Source: a virus
Taxonomy: Duplodnaviria > Caudoviricetes
Length of the DNA stretch: 43,868 nt
Virus record (IMG/VR): IMGVR_UViG_3300032024_000167
Span: 1 to 43,868 of that record
Direction: 5' to 3' (one strand)
The translations under genes were made by a program, and so were the position numbers. Positions within the stretch are counted from its first letter, which is position 1. Each line of letters begins with the position of its first letter. Under the pieces are notes generated by a model. That model was not told the origin of the DNA. It worked only from the letters and a program-made list of their open reading frames with translations, and searched no databases. Below, piece after piece: positions 1 to 9,634 of the stretch.

Positions 1-55
1 ATGTGTTTCCTGACGTCGGGTAGGTGCCGCCCCGAGAGACTGTCCTGGCCAGTCG
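1..55. repeat. Terminal direct repeat (circular assembly overlap), copy 1
   Basis: 1-55 is identical to 43814-43868; 55 nt is a common assembler k-mer size. Confidence 0.95.
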
Positions 56-187
56 AGCGTTTCGGATGTTTTCGGCGCGAGCCAGCCTGCCTGTCGTCAC
101 GATGCGGTTGACTTCGGTGTCGACCAGGCGGGAGATCGCCTGCAGTTGCCGCTCAGTGAACGGATCGGGGGTCGGCGTACCCGTCAT
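1..187 (-). CDS. 5' part of a 136-aa origin-spanning gene (continues at 43813..43590); short paralog of the tail-fibre N-terminus
   Basis: ATG at 187 overlaps the TGA of the 793-aa gene (ATGA); reads MTGTPTPDPFTERQLQAISRLVDTEVNRIV...RNARLARTVSRGGTYPTSGNT in frame across the junction. Confidence 0.75.
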   Translation of the reverse strand, partial: MTGTPTPDPFTERQLQAISRLVDTEVNRIVTTGRLARAENIRNARLARTVSRGGTYPTSGNT

Positions 188-2565
188 ACCCTGCCTCCTG
201 ATGCGTGTCTTGCACCTGGTGCCAGAACCTTCCGAGGAGGCAGTTTCACCGGAACAAGCTCCACCGCCTCGAGCTCGCCGGCCCAGGTCTTGATTTCCAT
301 AGTCGCCGCCGGCGTGCGGGTGCCGTTCCCGGCAGGGTACCGGAATGTGATTTGGGTCACCGGTGCGTTCACGTCCAGCCTATCCATCCCGTACTCGGCT
401 GCGGCGACGCCACCACCAGCCTTGAGAATCAGCGCGCCCAACGGGATGTCGTTCTGCGACTTGAGCCGGTACGACTGCAGGGTCATTTCAAAGTGCTGCA
501 CCGTGTACCAGGCAGCCGAAACCTTCGCAACATCTTTGAGGTACGGAATCGGGTCTTCCGGCGCGCCGGTTGTTGGAATCCAACCCCCATCGCTCCGAAT
601 TAGGAACCCAACCGTGTCGATCCCGACGACCGTGTTCGGTGCGACGTAGTGCTGATAGTACTGGTCGCCAGCGTAGATGATCTTTTTGCGGATGGTGTCA
701 TTCGCCAACGCTGGATCTGGATGAATTGCCTCGATATGGAATTGGGACTCGATCGACAGCGTGACAACCATCTTTCGCCAATCGACCTGGCCGCACGCCT
801 TGTCCTCACCAGCGATCGGCTGAAACGTCCAGGCCTCAGGCAGAGCGGGTGGTGTGGGAGGTGCACCGTACGCGATTGCGTGCTGTTTCTCGCCGGCGAC
901 CTCCAAGCGAATGGTCATCGTGTTCTGCGGCACGCTCACATGGCACTGGATCTTGGCGTTTTCACCCGGGCTGATAACCTCGCGTTCTGCGTTTGTTCCT
1001 TCGGCCGGCTGGTACTTGTATGGCGCAGTCGTCCATTTCGGACGACGAAAGAATACGAGGGGCCGCATTTCGTGTTCGTTGACCGTTTCAAACGGTACGG
1101 TTCCGGCTGGAATGAACGTTCCGGAATAATCATTCCCTTCTAGGATGGGCATGGTCTGTTCGACGGCCAGGTCAAGGTAATTCTGCTCGCGTTCCTCGCC
1201 GTCGGAACCACAAAACATCGGTTTTTTGACGCCGCCCTCGCCGTCGCCGATCAGAAAATCCCAGCTGCTCGGAATGCGAAACAGCGAAAAGACCTTCGAT
1301 AACTTTGGCGACCGTCGGACCTTGTCGTTGCGTTCTTCCTTTCGCAGGCGAGGTATTCCGGCTGGATGCGGGGTTCCGCCCGCCTCATAGGTTGACTCGT
1401 CAGCGGATTTCCAGCCGGCCTCGAGCGTTCCGTCCTGCGCAGAGAATGTCCCGACACATCGAATCCGCGGCCCGCGAACAACAACCTGATCGTACCTCTG
1501 GAGGTCGCTTGTATTGATGACGGCCTTGGTCAGCGGATCGGAATCGTACTCAATGTTGATTTGGTTCGTGTTTGCCGGAATGGATATCTTTGATCCGACA
1601 ACGATTCCAGAGTTGATTGAATTGCACTTGATCCACAAGGGAGCATTCGGGCTGTTGCTTTCCACATCGATTGATTGATCGACCTCTACCCACCACATCA
1701 GCCCTCGGCGGCGGTCAAGCAGCTGGCTGATGAGTGAATACGTCGACGCGTTCTCACACTTCAGCAACGGGTTGTCCGTGTCACATACGAATGGCTTCGA
1801 CGCGGTATCCAAATACCAGTGCAACTTCGGATCGCCGGCCTGGTCCTGCGGGACGTGGTAGGCGAGCAAGTACTCCACGATCTGACGCGTGGACCATTTC
1901 TTGGCGGTAACGGGGTCCTTACCGAATAGGTATGTCAGCAGAAAGGGGTTCGGTGACCTGTTTCCTTCGACACCTTTCGGGCCCGCACGATTGAAATCGA
2001 GCGATATTCCGACTTCCGTCAGGCCCTCGCACCACGAAGTCAGCACCTGGTGATCGGCCAGGAGTTTCTCAAGGCCGTATGCGACCAACGTGACACGACC
2101 GTACGCCCGCACGATCGTCGAGGTTGTCCCATCGTCATTCAGTTTCTTGACAAGCTCGGTGCCTCCCTGTTCGTCGTGGGCCTGTTCAACGACCCCATAC
2201 CAGTATCTGGCAAACTGGATTGGCTGCGATTCTGAGACGTTCGTGAGGCACTTAATCCTGACAAACCAACCGACCAGGTTGGTTGCTGACCACTTCGTGA
2301 CCTCCTGAAATCCGAGGATCTCGTTTCCGTCTCCATCGAGTTCGCGATACGGAGGCCGGACCGATCCGTAGTCCATCTCGAACGTGGCCACCGGCAGCGT
2401 TGGAGCGACGGACCAGGTCACTTCGACCGGTGCGAGCTTTGGGTATGGCAGCCAGGTATCGCCCCACTTCTGACGAATGAACACCTCCGGCGCGTACTGC
2501 AGGACAACGCCAGAGTTTATCGGCGTGTCTTCTGTGGGATGGGGGAAGTGAATCGTTGTTGCCAT
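184..2565 (-). CDS. Tail hub/baseplate-like structural protein (793 aa)
   Basis: Long ORF between the tape measure/distal tail genes and the fibre gene; function assigned by position only. Confidence 0.6.
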   Translation of the reverse strand: MATTIHFPHPTEDTPINSGVVLQYAPEVFIRQKWGDTWLPYPKLAPVEVTWSVAPTLPVATFEMDYGSVRPPYRELDGDGNEILGFQEVTKWSATNLVGWFVRIKCLTNVSESQPIQFARYWYGVVEQAHDEQGGTELVKKLNDDGTTSTIVRAYGRVTLVAYGLEKLLADHQVLTSWCEGLTEVGISLDFNRAGPKGVEGNRSPNPFLLTYLFGKDPVTAKKWSTRQIVEYLLAYHVPQDQAGDPKLHWYLDTASKPFVCDTDNPLLKCENASTYSLISQLLDRRRGLMWWVEVDQSIDVESNSPNAPLWIKCNSINSGIVVGSKISIPANTNQINIEYDSDPLTKAVINTSDLQRYDQVVVRGPRIRCVGTFSAQDGTLEAGWKSADESTYEAGGTPHPAGIPRLRKEERNDKVRRSPKLSKVFSLFRIPSSWDFLIGDGEGGVKKPMFCGSDGEEREQNYLDLAVEQTMPILEGNDYSGTFIPAGTVPFETVNEHEMRPLVFFRRPKWTTAPYKYQPAEGTNAEREVISPGENAKIQCHVSVPQNTMTIRLEVAGEKQHAIAYGAPPTPPALPEAWTFQPIAGEDKACGQVDWRKMVVTLSIESQFHIEAIHPDPALANDTIRKKIIYAGDQYYQHYVAPNTVVGIDTVGFLIRSDGGWIPTTGAPEDPIPYLKDVAKVSAAWYTVQHFEMTLQSYRLKSQNDIPLGALILKAGGGVAAAEYGMDRLDVNAPVTQITFRYPAGNGTRTPAATMEIKTWAGELEAVELVPVKLPPRKVLAPGARHASGGRV

Positions 2566-2577
2566 GTACCACCAGCG

Positions 2578-3111
2578 TCATTGCGTGCCGAACACGGCCA
2601 AGATCCGCACCACGTCGGCCGCGGTACCCGTCAGGTCGATCGTCTTGTCCGTCGCGCCCACGGCGGGCTCACCTGCAGCGGCCCCCAGCTGGAACAGGTC
2701 GATGGCCATTCCTGGATAGAGCGTCACGCCGTACGCCGCGTTTCCAAAAAGATCGTACCCGTTCGCCGCTCCGGACTTGATGAGCACTCCCGACGCGTTG
2801 TTGGCGGGAAACGCGTAGGCGAGCAGCGCCACGAGCTTCTTTCCAGTCAGATTGACCGTGCCGTTGATGTTCTTTGCCGTCGGAGCAGCCGTCAAGTCCC
2901 ACGTCTTGCTCGTCGTCACGAAGGTGTGGGATAGGTCGACGACGGTATCGGCCTTGGGAGTCGTATTGGCGTCGAGGACCTTGTTCAGTTGGTTGTACGC
3001 GTTGAACCGACGGACGTTCGAAACGCCGTCGACTGGTGACGCGGGAGAATCGGCCGAGTCCGTTGTCTCGGTTACGTCCAGGCTGGCGGTTGCCAGTGCT
3101 CGTACTGACAT
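2578..3111 (-). CDS. Putative minor tail/virion protein (177 aa)
   Basis: SD AAGAAGGA upstream; Thr/Ala/Gly-rich; lies in the tail operon. Confidence 0.6.
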   Translation of the reverse strand: MSVRALATASLDVTETTDSADSPASPVDGVSNVRRFNAYNQLNKVLDANTTPKADTVVDLSHTFVTTSKTWDLTAAPTAKNINGTVNLTGKKLVALLAYAFPANNASGVLIKSGAANGYDLFGNAAYGVTLYPGMAIDLFQLGAAAGEPAVGATDKTIDLTGTAADVVRILAVFGTQ

Positions 3112-3124
3112 GTGATGATCCTTC

Positions 3125-3544
3125 TTAGGTAGGTTCGATGTAGAGCGGAGTCAGGCCCCAGCGGGTCGTCAGCCTGGCCCCGTTTGTGTAGTCGTAGTTC
3201 GGCCCGATCAGCCGCCTCATCGCCTTGCACTTCATGACCTCGACGGAATCCACTTGGTACAGGTGGTTGTAATTGGCGAAATAATCAACTCCGTCGTAAA
3301 CCAGTCTCATTGGCCCAGTGAACGGCAGCGCGTGATAGAGAGGGATGATCGCCATCGCAAACGCGTACGCCAAAAAGTCACCTTCGAGGATGACATCAAA
3401 CGGAAGACCACGTTTTCCGGTGTTCACCTTACCGACCACCGGACAGCCAACTCGCGTGACGGATTCGCCTTGGTACTGAACTAGCCTCGGCGGTGGTGAC
3501 CGCCAGAGCTGAAAGTCGTAAACGTCAATGTAGTGCGTCGCCAT
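3125..3544 (-). CDS. Putative distal tail protein (139 aa)
   Basis: Position just after the tape measure gene; abuts the upstream stop (TAAATG). Confidence 0.5.
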   Translation of the reverse strand: MATHYIDVYDFQLWRSPPPRLVQYQGESVTRVGCPVVGKVNTGKRGLPFDVILEGDFLAYAFAMAIIPLYHALPFTGPMRLVYDGVDYFANYNHLYQVDSVEVMKCKAMRRLIGPNYDYTNGARLTTRWGLTPLYIEPT

Positions 3545-3694
3545 TTACCGGGCCTCCGCTGTCCCGCCAGCTTCATAAGCCGTTTCGTCGGCCGAGGTCC
3601 AGGCAGCCTCAAGCGTGTCGTCCTCGGCCGAGAACGTGCCGACACAACGGATCCGCGGCCCACGGACAACGACCTGGTCGAAGTAATGCGCCAT
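3545..3694 (-). CDS. 49-aa mini-gene copying an internal segment of the 793-aa tail protein
   Basis: MAHYFDQVVVRGPRIRCVGTFSAEDDTLEAAWTSADETAYEAGGTAEAR*; fills the gap exactly with TAAATG junctions on both sides; 34/40 aa identical to the segment encoded at 1372..1491. Confidence 0.8.
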   Translation of the reverse strand: MAHYFDQVVVRGPRIRCVGTFSAEDDTLEAAWTSADETAYEAGGTAEAR

Positions 3695-5350
3695 TTACCT
3701 GGCCTCCACCGCGCCGCCAGCTGCAGCCTGGTTGGCTCGGGCGGCGTTTGTGTGGTTGGTTTGCGAGGCACGCTCAAGATTCGATGCAGCTCGGTCTAAT
3801 GTTTCCCCGACACGATCGATGATCAATCCAAGCTGCTCCGCTTTCTGCTGTGTTTCTGGTGTTGCCGTTGCGGCATTATCGCGAATAAATGTTTCGTTTC
3901 CGAACAGGCGATCAACCACGTTTTGGCCGCGCTGTAGAGTGGCCATGAATTCGCCATTCCGTTGCCGCTGCAGCGTGACAAGATCGTCCGCGACAGCATC
4001 CGCAATATTCTCAATTGTCCCCGCCCTACCTCCTGCCAATTCCGCACGATTGGCTGACTGACGCTTGGCGATTGCACCGATGTTTTCGGGGATTCCTTCG
4101 GCCAATTCCATGCGTTTTCCGAACCAGTCTTCTTTCTCGGCTTGCACGATGTTCTGCATGTTTGCTTGCATGGCAGCTTTGCCTTGCGGCGAAGCAAGCA
4201 TCCCAAATCCCTTGATCGCCTCCTGGCGTCCCCCTAGCATCTCACGGATATCGTTGCCTTCGTTCTCTAGTTGGCTTAGCCTTGCAACCTGTTCGGTTAA
4301 CGTCTTCCCTGGTTTAAGAAACCCGAGCCCGATGCCTTCCTTTTCAATTCCCACAAGCAACTGTTCGACCTGCGTCGCCGCCTCATCCGGGCCGACCACA
4401 GCGCTCGCTGTACTGATAGCCGCCGCGGTCTCCTCGTCGCTGAGACCAAGTCGTCCAGCTTGTTGGCTCACTTTCGCCGTTGCGGTCAAGATTTGATCAG
4501 CTTCGCCAAGGCCTAGTTTTGCTGCACCGAAAGCCTTGGACATCATGCTGTGAAAATCGCCGACTTCCTTCTCCCCGAACCCGGCCTTCATCTTGATACC
4601 CGCTTCAGCCATTGGGATGGCTTGCGCGAGACCGGACGCTTGCATTCTCGAGAAGTCGGCACGCCATTGCCCGATGTTCCCAGACTCAAGGACCTTCTGT
4701 AGCTCCACGGCATCAGGCAGTGTCATCGCACCGCCTTCCGCGAACGTGCTCTTGGCCTCATTGACCAGGCGGTCCATTGCTTGAGGTGTCATTTCTGGCA
4801 ATTGCGCGAGGGACCCGAGACTCGCCGATTCCAGAAACTGCTTGTCCCCGAGCCTGTTCTCCTCTTCCCGCTTGGCAGCAATCGCTTTCGTGACAAGGCC
4901 AATTGCGGCCGCGACGCTCACCATGCCTGCCGCGTAGGAAACGAGATTCCCCAGAGCCGACGAACCGAACGCTCCCTGTTGTGCGACTCCAGCCTTTTGA
5001 AATTCGGACTTAGCCTGCCCAACGGCCCTATTGAAAGTCTCTTGGTCGATCTTCCCGGCCTTTAACGCCCGGTTGAGACGAAGCATTTCGTCGGCGTATT
5101 TTTCCAACGGAGTGCGATTGATATCCTTTGTCGCACGGGCAAATCGATCGAGCTCCTTCGCGGCCGCGGCGTTGGCCTTTTCGGCTTCCTTGGCGGCCTT
5201 CTCTGCTTCCTTACCCGCCTTTTTCGATTCGGTTCCGAGCTTCTTGTACGCTTCTAAGGCCTGCTCTTGCTGCTTGATGAGCTTGGCCTGTTCTTTGATG
5301 ACGTGTGACGCATCACCGTAGAGCTTGATGTCGAGATCGCCCTCACTCAT
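3695..5350 (-). CDS. Tail tape measure protein (551 aa)
   Basis: Ala/Gln/Lys-rich helical protein following the frameshifted chaperone pair. Confidence 0.85.
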   Translation of the reverse strand: MSEGDLDIKLYGDASHVIKEQAKLIKQQEQALEAYKKLGTESKKAGKEAEKAAKEAEKANAAAAKELDRFARATKDINRTPLEKYADEMLRLNRALKAGKIDQETFNRAVGQAKSEFQKAGVAQQGAFGSSALGNLVSYAAGMVSVAAAIGLVTKAIAAKREEENRLGDKQFLESASLGSLAQLPEMTPQAMDRLVNEAKSTFAEGGAMTLPDAVELQKVLESGNIGQWRADFSRMQASGLAQAIPMAEAGIKMKAGFGEKEVGDFHSMMSKAFGAAKLGLGEADQILTATAKVSQQAGRLGLSDEETAAAISTASAVVGPDEAATQVEQLLVGIEKEGIGLGFLKPGKTLTEQVARLSQLENEGNDIREMLGGRQEAIKGFGMLASPQGKAAMQANMQNIVQAEKEDWFGKRMELAEGIPENIGAIAKRQSANRAELAGGRAGTIENIADAVADDLVTLQRQRNGEFMATLQRGQNVVDRLFGNETFIRDNAATATPETQQKAEQLGLIIDRVGETLDRAASNLERASQTNHTNAARANQAAAGGAVEAR

Positions 5351-5522
5351 CGTGACACCTTGATTGGGAATTCGTTGATGACAATCGGGTCAGCAAGATG
5401 GACACCTTGTGAGAATGCCATCACGTCGGAGACTGTTGGTGCGTATCTGCTTCTGCGGCCATTTGATGCACAGCAAGCCCATTGGTAGAACTGCCAGTAT
5501 CTTGGGTGGCCAGTTTTTTTTT
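5347..5522 (-). CDS. C-terminal extension of the tail assembly chaperone (gpGT-like), reached by -1 frameshift
   Basis: A9 run (TAC AAA AAA AAA CTG) at 5514-5522; the -1 frame is open to 5347 and overlaps the tape measure start. Confidence 0.7.
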
Positions 5523-6227
5523 GTAGAGCAGTTCCCATCCGTCTCGGTCAGTGACGATCCAAATTACCTGCTTGTGAACGTCTGTGTCGTAAATTCCAAG
5601 CAAGTCCAGTTCGATCGCCGATACGCGATAATTGCATGTGAACGCTTCGATCGCGACGTTGCTCTCGTACGCGAAGGTGATCCGCATTTCACCTTGTTCA
5701 TTCACCGCCGCGTCGGCGACCATGGTGAAGTAATCTGCGACCAACTGCCACAGCTTGCGATACCGTTTCTTGACTTCGCCACGACACCACTGTCCAAGCC
5801 CGTCAAGTGTTAAGTTTGTTGGGAGCGCGTTCAACGCCACGATGTCGTCGTCGATTTCTTCGAACTGACGTGCCCGCGGGATCTCCCATGTGTTGCCATC
5901 GTCCAGGAGAATATCCTTGCCGGGGATTACATTGGCCCGGGCCAGCGACTGCGGCGTCGGCCGGTCCGCCTTCCACATTCCGACCCAGTAGTCGCCGCTG
6001 ATGGATTTCTTCCACACCTGGTCGTTTTTGTAGTACCCGCAGTGGGTGTCCGACCGTGAGACGATCAGACCGTGTTGGTCGTCGGGCCCGTTTATGACTT
6101 GGCGAGGGGCAAATGAAGCCGCCGGACTGGCGGCCGAGTCCGGCTCGAAGACGTAACCCAACCCGAGTGAGAGCAACTCGGGAAGGGTTACGTTGTCGCG
6201 GTTTGGAAGGTAGTAATTGAAGTGCAT
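5421..6227 (-). CDS. Tail assembly chaperone (gpG-like, 268 aa)
   Basis: Lies between tail tube and tape measure; slippery KKK site near the C-terminus. Confidence 0.7.
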   Translation of the reverse strand: MHFNYYLPNRDNVTLPELLSLGLGYVFEPDSAASPAASFAPRQVINGPDDQHGLIVSRSDTHCGYYKNDQVWKKSISGDYWVGMWKADRPTPQSLARANVIPGKDILLDDGNTWEIPRARQFEEIDDDIVALNALPTNLTLDGLGQWCRGEVKKRYRKLWQLVADYFTMVADAAVNEQGEMRITFAYESNVAIEAFTCNYRVSAIELDLLGIYDTDVHKQVIWIVTDRDGWELLYKKKLATQDTGSSTNGLAVHQMAAEADTHQQSPT

Positions 6228-6239
6228 TGAGTCCTCAGT

Positions 6240-6464
6240 CTATTCGGGCTTGGTCGCTTCCAGGCGGTCCAGGACCTTATCCATCAGTAAGGAAAACGCG
6301 TTTCCGTTCTCGCAGCTCGCAAACGCGTCGACCTCTTCCTCTGAACACCTGGCCAAGAAGTGGTCCGCCTGCTCCCGCGCGTGGCCGGCCATGCATTGAA
6401 GGACAGCGGATGCGGTTCCAGCCTTGGTTGCCAGTGGATCGTCAGGTTTCTGTTTGGTTGCCAT
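6240..6464 (-). CDS. Hypothetical protein (74 aa)
   Basis: Strong SD GGAGG; fits the gap in the operon. Confidence 0.7.
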   Translation of the reverse strand: MATKQKPDDPLATKAGTASAVLQCMAGHAREQADHFLARCSEEEVDAFASCENGNAFSLLMDKVLDRLEATKPE

Positions 6465-6524
6465 TGTTTCCTCCGTGTGATTTGTCTCCGGATCCAGTGA
6501 CGCGTACTTCCGCGCCGCTGCAGA

Positions 6525-7457
6525 CTAGGTAATCGCCGCGGCTGCGTTAACGACGAACGGCAGATTTGTTCCGTCGTAGATGACGGCCATCTTGAGCGAA
6601 CACTCGGTGCCACCCTTCTTGGCGGTCATCATGTCTTCGATCCAGCACAACCCGGCGCCCGTGATCTTGATATGTTCGACGGTGCCGTTTGCCACATACC
6701 CGGACGAAGACTGCAACCGCTTCCGCAAATAGGTGGACGTGTTCGCGTGCATCGCCGCTTTCCCGGTCAACGGAATGTTCGTGGACTTCAGCCACTCGAC
6801 GTTGACGCCTTTGAGCGTCAGAACGCCCATGACATCCTCGATCGACACGAAGGTGTTCCAAATGTCGGAATCCGCACCGTCGGGAACCGCATTGATCCCG
6901 AAATCAAGCTCCCAGGATTTGACGCCGGCAATGGAAATGCTTCCGATCGTGGTTGGACCGAGCGTGAATCGCTCGTCATCGGCCGGTGCCGTCGGAACGG
7001 CCGACGCGTCCGTGATGACGACCGGATCGTTCGTGCCGTCCCACGTTGGATGCACCGCGTAGGAAATCACGGCGTCGCCCTTGTGCTCGCAGGTGATCCG
7101 CTGGGGAACGATCAAGCCCTTCTTAATGTTGTACTTCCGATGGTTGGACCCGCTCGCCCGCGCGCCTCCGTCGACGTGCTTGTAAGCGTAGAGGCTCAAG
7201 CCGTTCGTCAAGGTCGCGATCGACAGGCCGGCCATGGAGATCTGCGTGAGGCACCTGGACACGCAGACGCTCTCGAAATCGGCGTACGGCTTCTGCCCCA
7301 CGATGGCGATGTGACGAGGATATACCTCGCCGCTGGTTGCCTCGGCCCGATGTTCCGTATCCGTGCGGACATTCATGGACTGGACGCCTCCCAGGACAAC
7401 GGGGGAAATGGCGCCAAGCTCAACCCCATACAGGGCATGTTTTTTATCGAGTGACAT
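6525..7457 (-). CDS. Major tail tube protein (310 aa)
   Basis: Position upstream of the chaperone and tape measure genes; beta-rich composition. Confidence 0.65.
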   Translation of the reverse strand: MSLDKKHALYGVELGAISPVVLGGVQSMNVRTDTEHRAEATSGEVYPRHIAIVGQKPYADFESVCVSRCLTQISMAGLSIATLTNGLSLYAYKHVDGGARASGSNHRKYNIKKGLIVPQRITCEHKGDAVISYAVHPTWDGTNDPVVITDASAVPTAPADDERFTLGPTTIGSISIAGVKSWELDFGINAVPDGADSDIWNTFVSIEDVMGVLTLKGVNVEWLKSTNIPLTGKAAMHANTSTYLRKRLQSSSGYVANGTVEHIKITGAGLCWIEDMMTAKKGGTECSLKMAVIYDGTNLPFVVNAAAAIT

Positions 7458-7460
7458 GGT

Positions 7461-7970
7461 TCAACCTCGGATTTGTGTTGTACTGTTGTGGACGTGCAGC
7501 TCTTCGAATTTCTCGAGCAGGACTTCCTTTGCCAGCGCGACGTCCGCCCTGACTTCCCGATCGGAGACCGAGCGAATTTCTTCGTTCATGCGAACGGCTG
7601 ACTTTGGGTTCCGGCGATTCAGGCCTCGAGCATGCTGGACGATCCTTGCCCGGTTGCGGTTCGCGCGAATGTCCATGATCCTGGAGAGCGTCTCTTGTTC
7701 GCCGCTCCAGACCATTGGTCGCTGGTGGCCCTTTTGCTTCTTCTTCCTGCCGGTGTACGACCGCCAGAAGGCTTTGCCGCTCTTTCCTTCGCCTGATCGC
7801 GGCTTGTAGCCGTACTCGCGACCACCGGCCACGGTGAAGTGCTTCGCCATGTACAAGCTGTGATGCGTCGCGGCGACTTTCCCCAATACACCTTCGATGA
7901 TCCGGCCGAGCGCACGGGCGGCAACCTTGGGAGTCGCTCCGCGTTCGATGATGACGATGCGGTCGATCAT
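7461..7970 (-). CDS. Neck/tail completion protein (about 169 aa, basic)
   Basis: Likely start MIDRIVII at 7970 after SD GGAGG; Arg/Lys-rich; position typical of gpZ/neck genes. Confidence 0.55.
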   Translation of the reverse strand: MIDRIVIIERGATPKVAARALGRIIEGVLGKVAATHHSLYMAKHFTVAGGREYGYKPRSGEGKSGKAFWRSYTGRKKKQKGHQRPMVWSGEQETLSRIMDIRANRNRARIVQHARGLNRRNPKSAVRMNEEIRSVSDREVRADVALAKEVLLEKFEELHVHNSTTQIRG

Positions 7971-7971
7971 G

Positions 7972-9183
7972 TCACACGCCTCCCTCGCCGTAGCGGAGTT
8001 CCAACCAGGCGTAAAGGCAGTCGCCCTGCATTGGCTGGTCAACCAGTGCCGAGCGGTGGTAGCCGCGGAACAGCACCTGGTCGGCGGCCAGATAACTGTA
8101 GCCACCGGCCTCGTTGGTCGTGTGGGCCAGGTCCTCGAGGCCGACAAAGGTTGCGGATGACTCGTCGGGCGGTCTCTTGATGATCCGGCCGATCGTCTGC
8201 TTAATGAAATGGTCGACCAGGATAGGGGAGTGTTTCAGGTCTACGGGAGTGCTGATCTCCAACTGGACGCGGAGCACGCCTCGGTCCGCCCAACCGCCCG
8301 GGCCAGTCGCCTGCCGCATGCCGGTCGCACCTTCCATGTCGGCGGTAAAGATCATCGCGTACGGCCGGTATTCCTCCAGCTCGTCCAGCGAATAGCGTTC
8401 GGCACCCTCTGCGGGCGCCGGCAACGACTCGTGCCAAATCCGGGCGAACGCCGACGCATGATCCGTCGCCACAACCAGGTTGCGGAACTCGGTGCAGTCG
8501 GCCAGGGTGAGGGCGAGTAATCGCTGAGGGCCGTACACAATCGAGTCGCCGAGCCCCATCACACCGGGCGTGATTGCCAGCGTGATCGCGATGTAGTCGC
8601 CGGCTGTGGAATCCGTGGCGGACCAGGTCGCTCCACCCGAGACGCCGGCGGTGGCGATGGTCTTCGCTGCGATGGCCCACGACAGCGAGCCGGCTGCACC
8701 GTCGTCCGAGTCCAGCAGCGTCCAGCCGGTGGGTTGCACAATCACACGTGGAGAACCATCGCAGACCAGTAGGCCGACGGCCAGGCAGTTATCAACCGTC
8801 GTCGTGATGCCTGGCTCCGCGACCGGCAGGCCAGAGTTCCCTTTCGCGGTGTCGGTAATGTGGATCGCGTAGAACGGATCGACACCGCGCACGAGGAACA
8901 GGTTGTACAGTGAGTCGTCGGCACCCGCATAAGTGACCGTGTAGCTCGAGGGCTCCGCGTGTGTCGCGAACTTGTACCACGCTCGCACGTGCAGGGCTCC
9001 CTGAACCAGTTCGGCGACAATCGGCAGAAACCCAGCCGGAACAACAATCGCACTTGATTCCGTTGCCACACACAGCACGATCAGGTCGCCCACGCGCAGC
9101 GACGCCGGCCGGGCGATTGCCACCGTCCCCGCGACGGCCTGCCCGCTCGTTCCTGCCACCAGTGTCGGCATCCGATACGTCAC
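7972..9183 (-). CDS. Virion protein: N-terminal beta-rich accessory domain fused to a putative tail-terminator domain (403 aa)
   Basis: Two compositionally distinct halves; position in the neck module. Confidence 0.5.
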   Translation of the reverse strand: MTYRMPTLVAGTSGQAVAGTVAIARPASLRVGDLIVLCVATESSAIVVPAGFLPIVAELVQGALHVRAWYKFATHAEPSSYTVTYAGADDSLYNLFLVRGVDPFYAIHITDTAKGNSGLPVAEPGITTTVDNCLAVGLLVCDGSPRVIVQPTGWTLLDSDDGAAGSLSWAIAAKTIATAGVSGGATWSATDSTAGDYIAITLAITPGVMGLGDSIVYGPQRLLALTLADCTEFRNLVVATDHASAFARIWHESLPAPAEGAERYSLDELEEYRPYAMIFTADMEGATGMRQATGPGGWADRGVLRVQLEISTPVDLKHSPILVDHFIKQTIGRIIKRPPDESSATFVGLEDLAHTTNEAGGYSYLAADQVLFRGYHRSALVDQPMQGDCLYAWLELRYGEGGV

Positions 9184-9578
9184 GGCGTTCTCCTGCGGTA
9201 GTTCTCGCGCGACCTCTCCGCGAAGTCGACTCGCTTCGTGAGCAGTGTCGCCATCCCCGTGCGACTCGTCTCGATCTGCTCAATCTGGTACTTGATTCCG
9301 CCGGCCACAGCGAAACCACGCAGATTCAAAACGTCTGGCCGGCCATCATCGTTCCTGCCGGCCGGCGTGATTGGAATCGTGATCTCCCGGGTAATGACGA
9401 TCTCCGTCCCGTATTCCGTTGGCCGCTGCTCCGTCTTCTCGTCGCCGCAGATCGCCTCAGAAAACGACCACACTCGCCCGTTCGGGTCCTCGACCGTCAC
9501 TCCTTCGCCGAAAGAGCCAAACAGTCTCGCGAACCCTCCGGTTCGCTGGTCGAATCGTGATTGGGATGGTGTGGTCAT
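9180..9578 (-). CDS. Head-tail joining protein (gpFII-like, 132 aa)
   Basis: Size and position; FGEGVTV and YQIEQIE...GMATLL pattern recalls head-closure proteins. Confidence 0.55.
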   Translation of the reverse strand: MTTPSQSRFDQRTGGFARLFGSFGEGVTVEDPNGRVWSFSEAICGDEKTEQRPTEYGTEIVITREITIPITPAGRNDDGRPDVLNLRGFAVAGGIKYQIEQIETSRTGMATLLTKRVDFAERSRENYRRRTP

Positions 9579-9634
9579 GTACTTCCAATCTCCCTCGTCG
9601 TTCAGTAGACGAGAGGCATGTCAATCAGTTTGCA

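Noticed and set aside
1-55. Biological terminal repeat
   Set aside because: It falls inside a gene and matches a typical k-mer length; best explained as assembly overlap.
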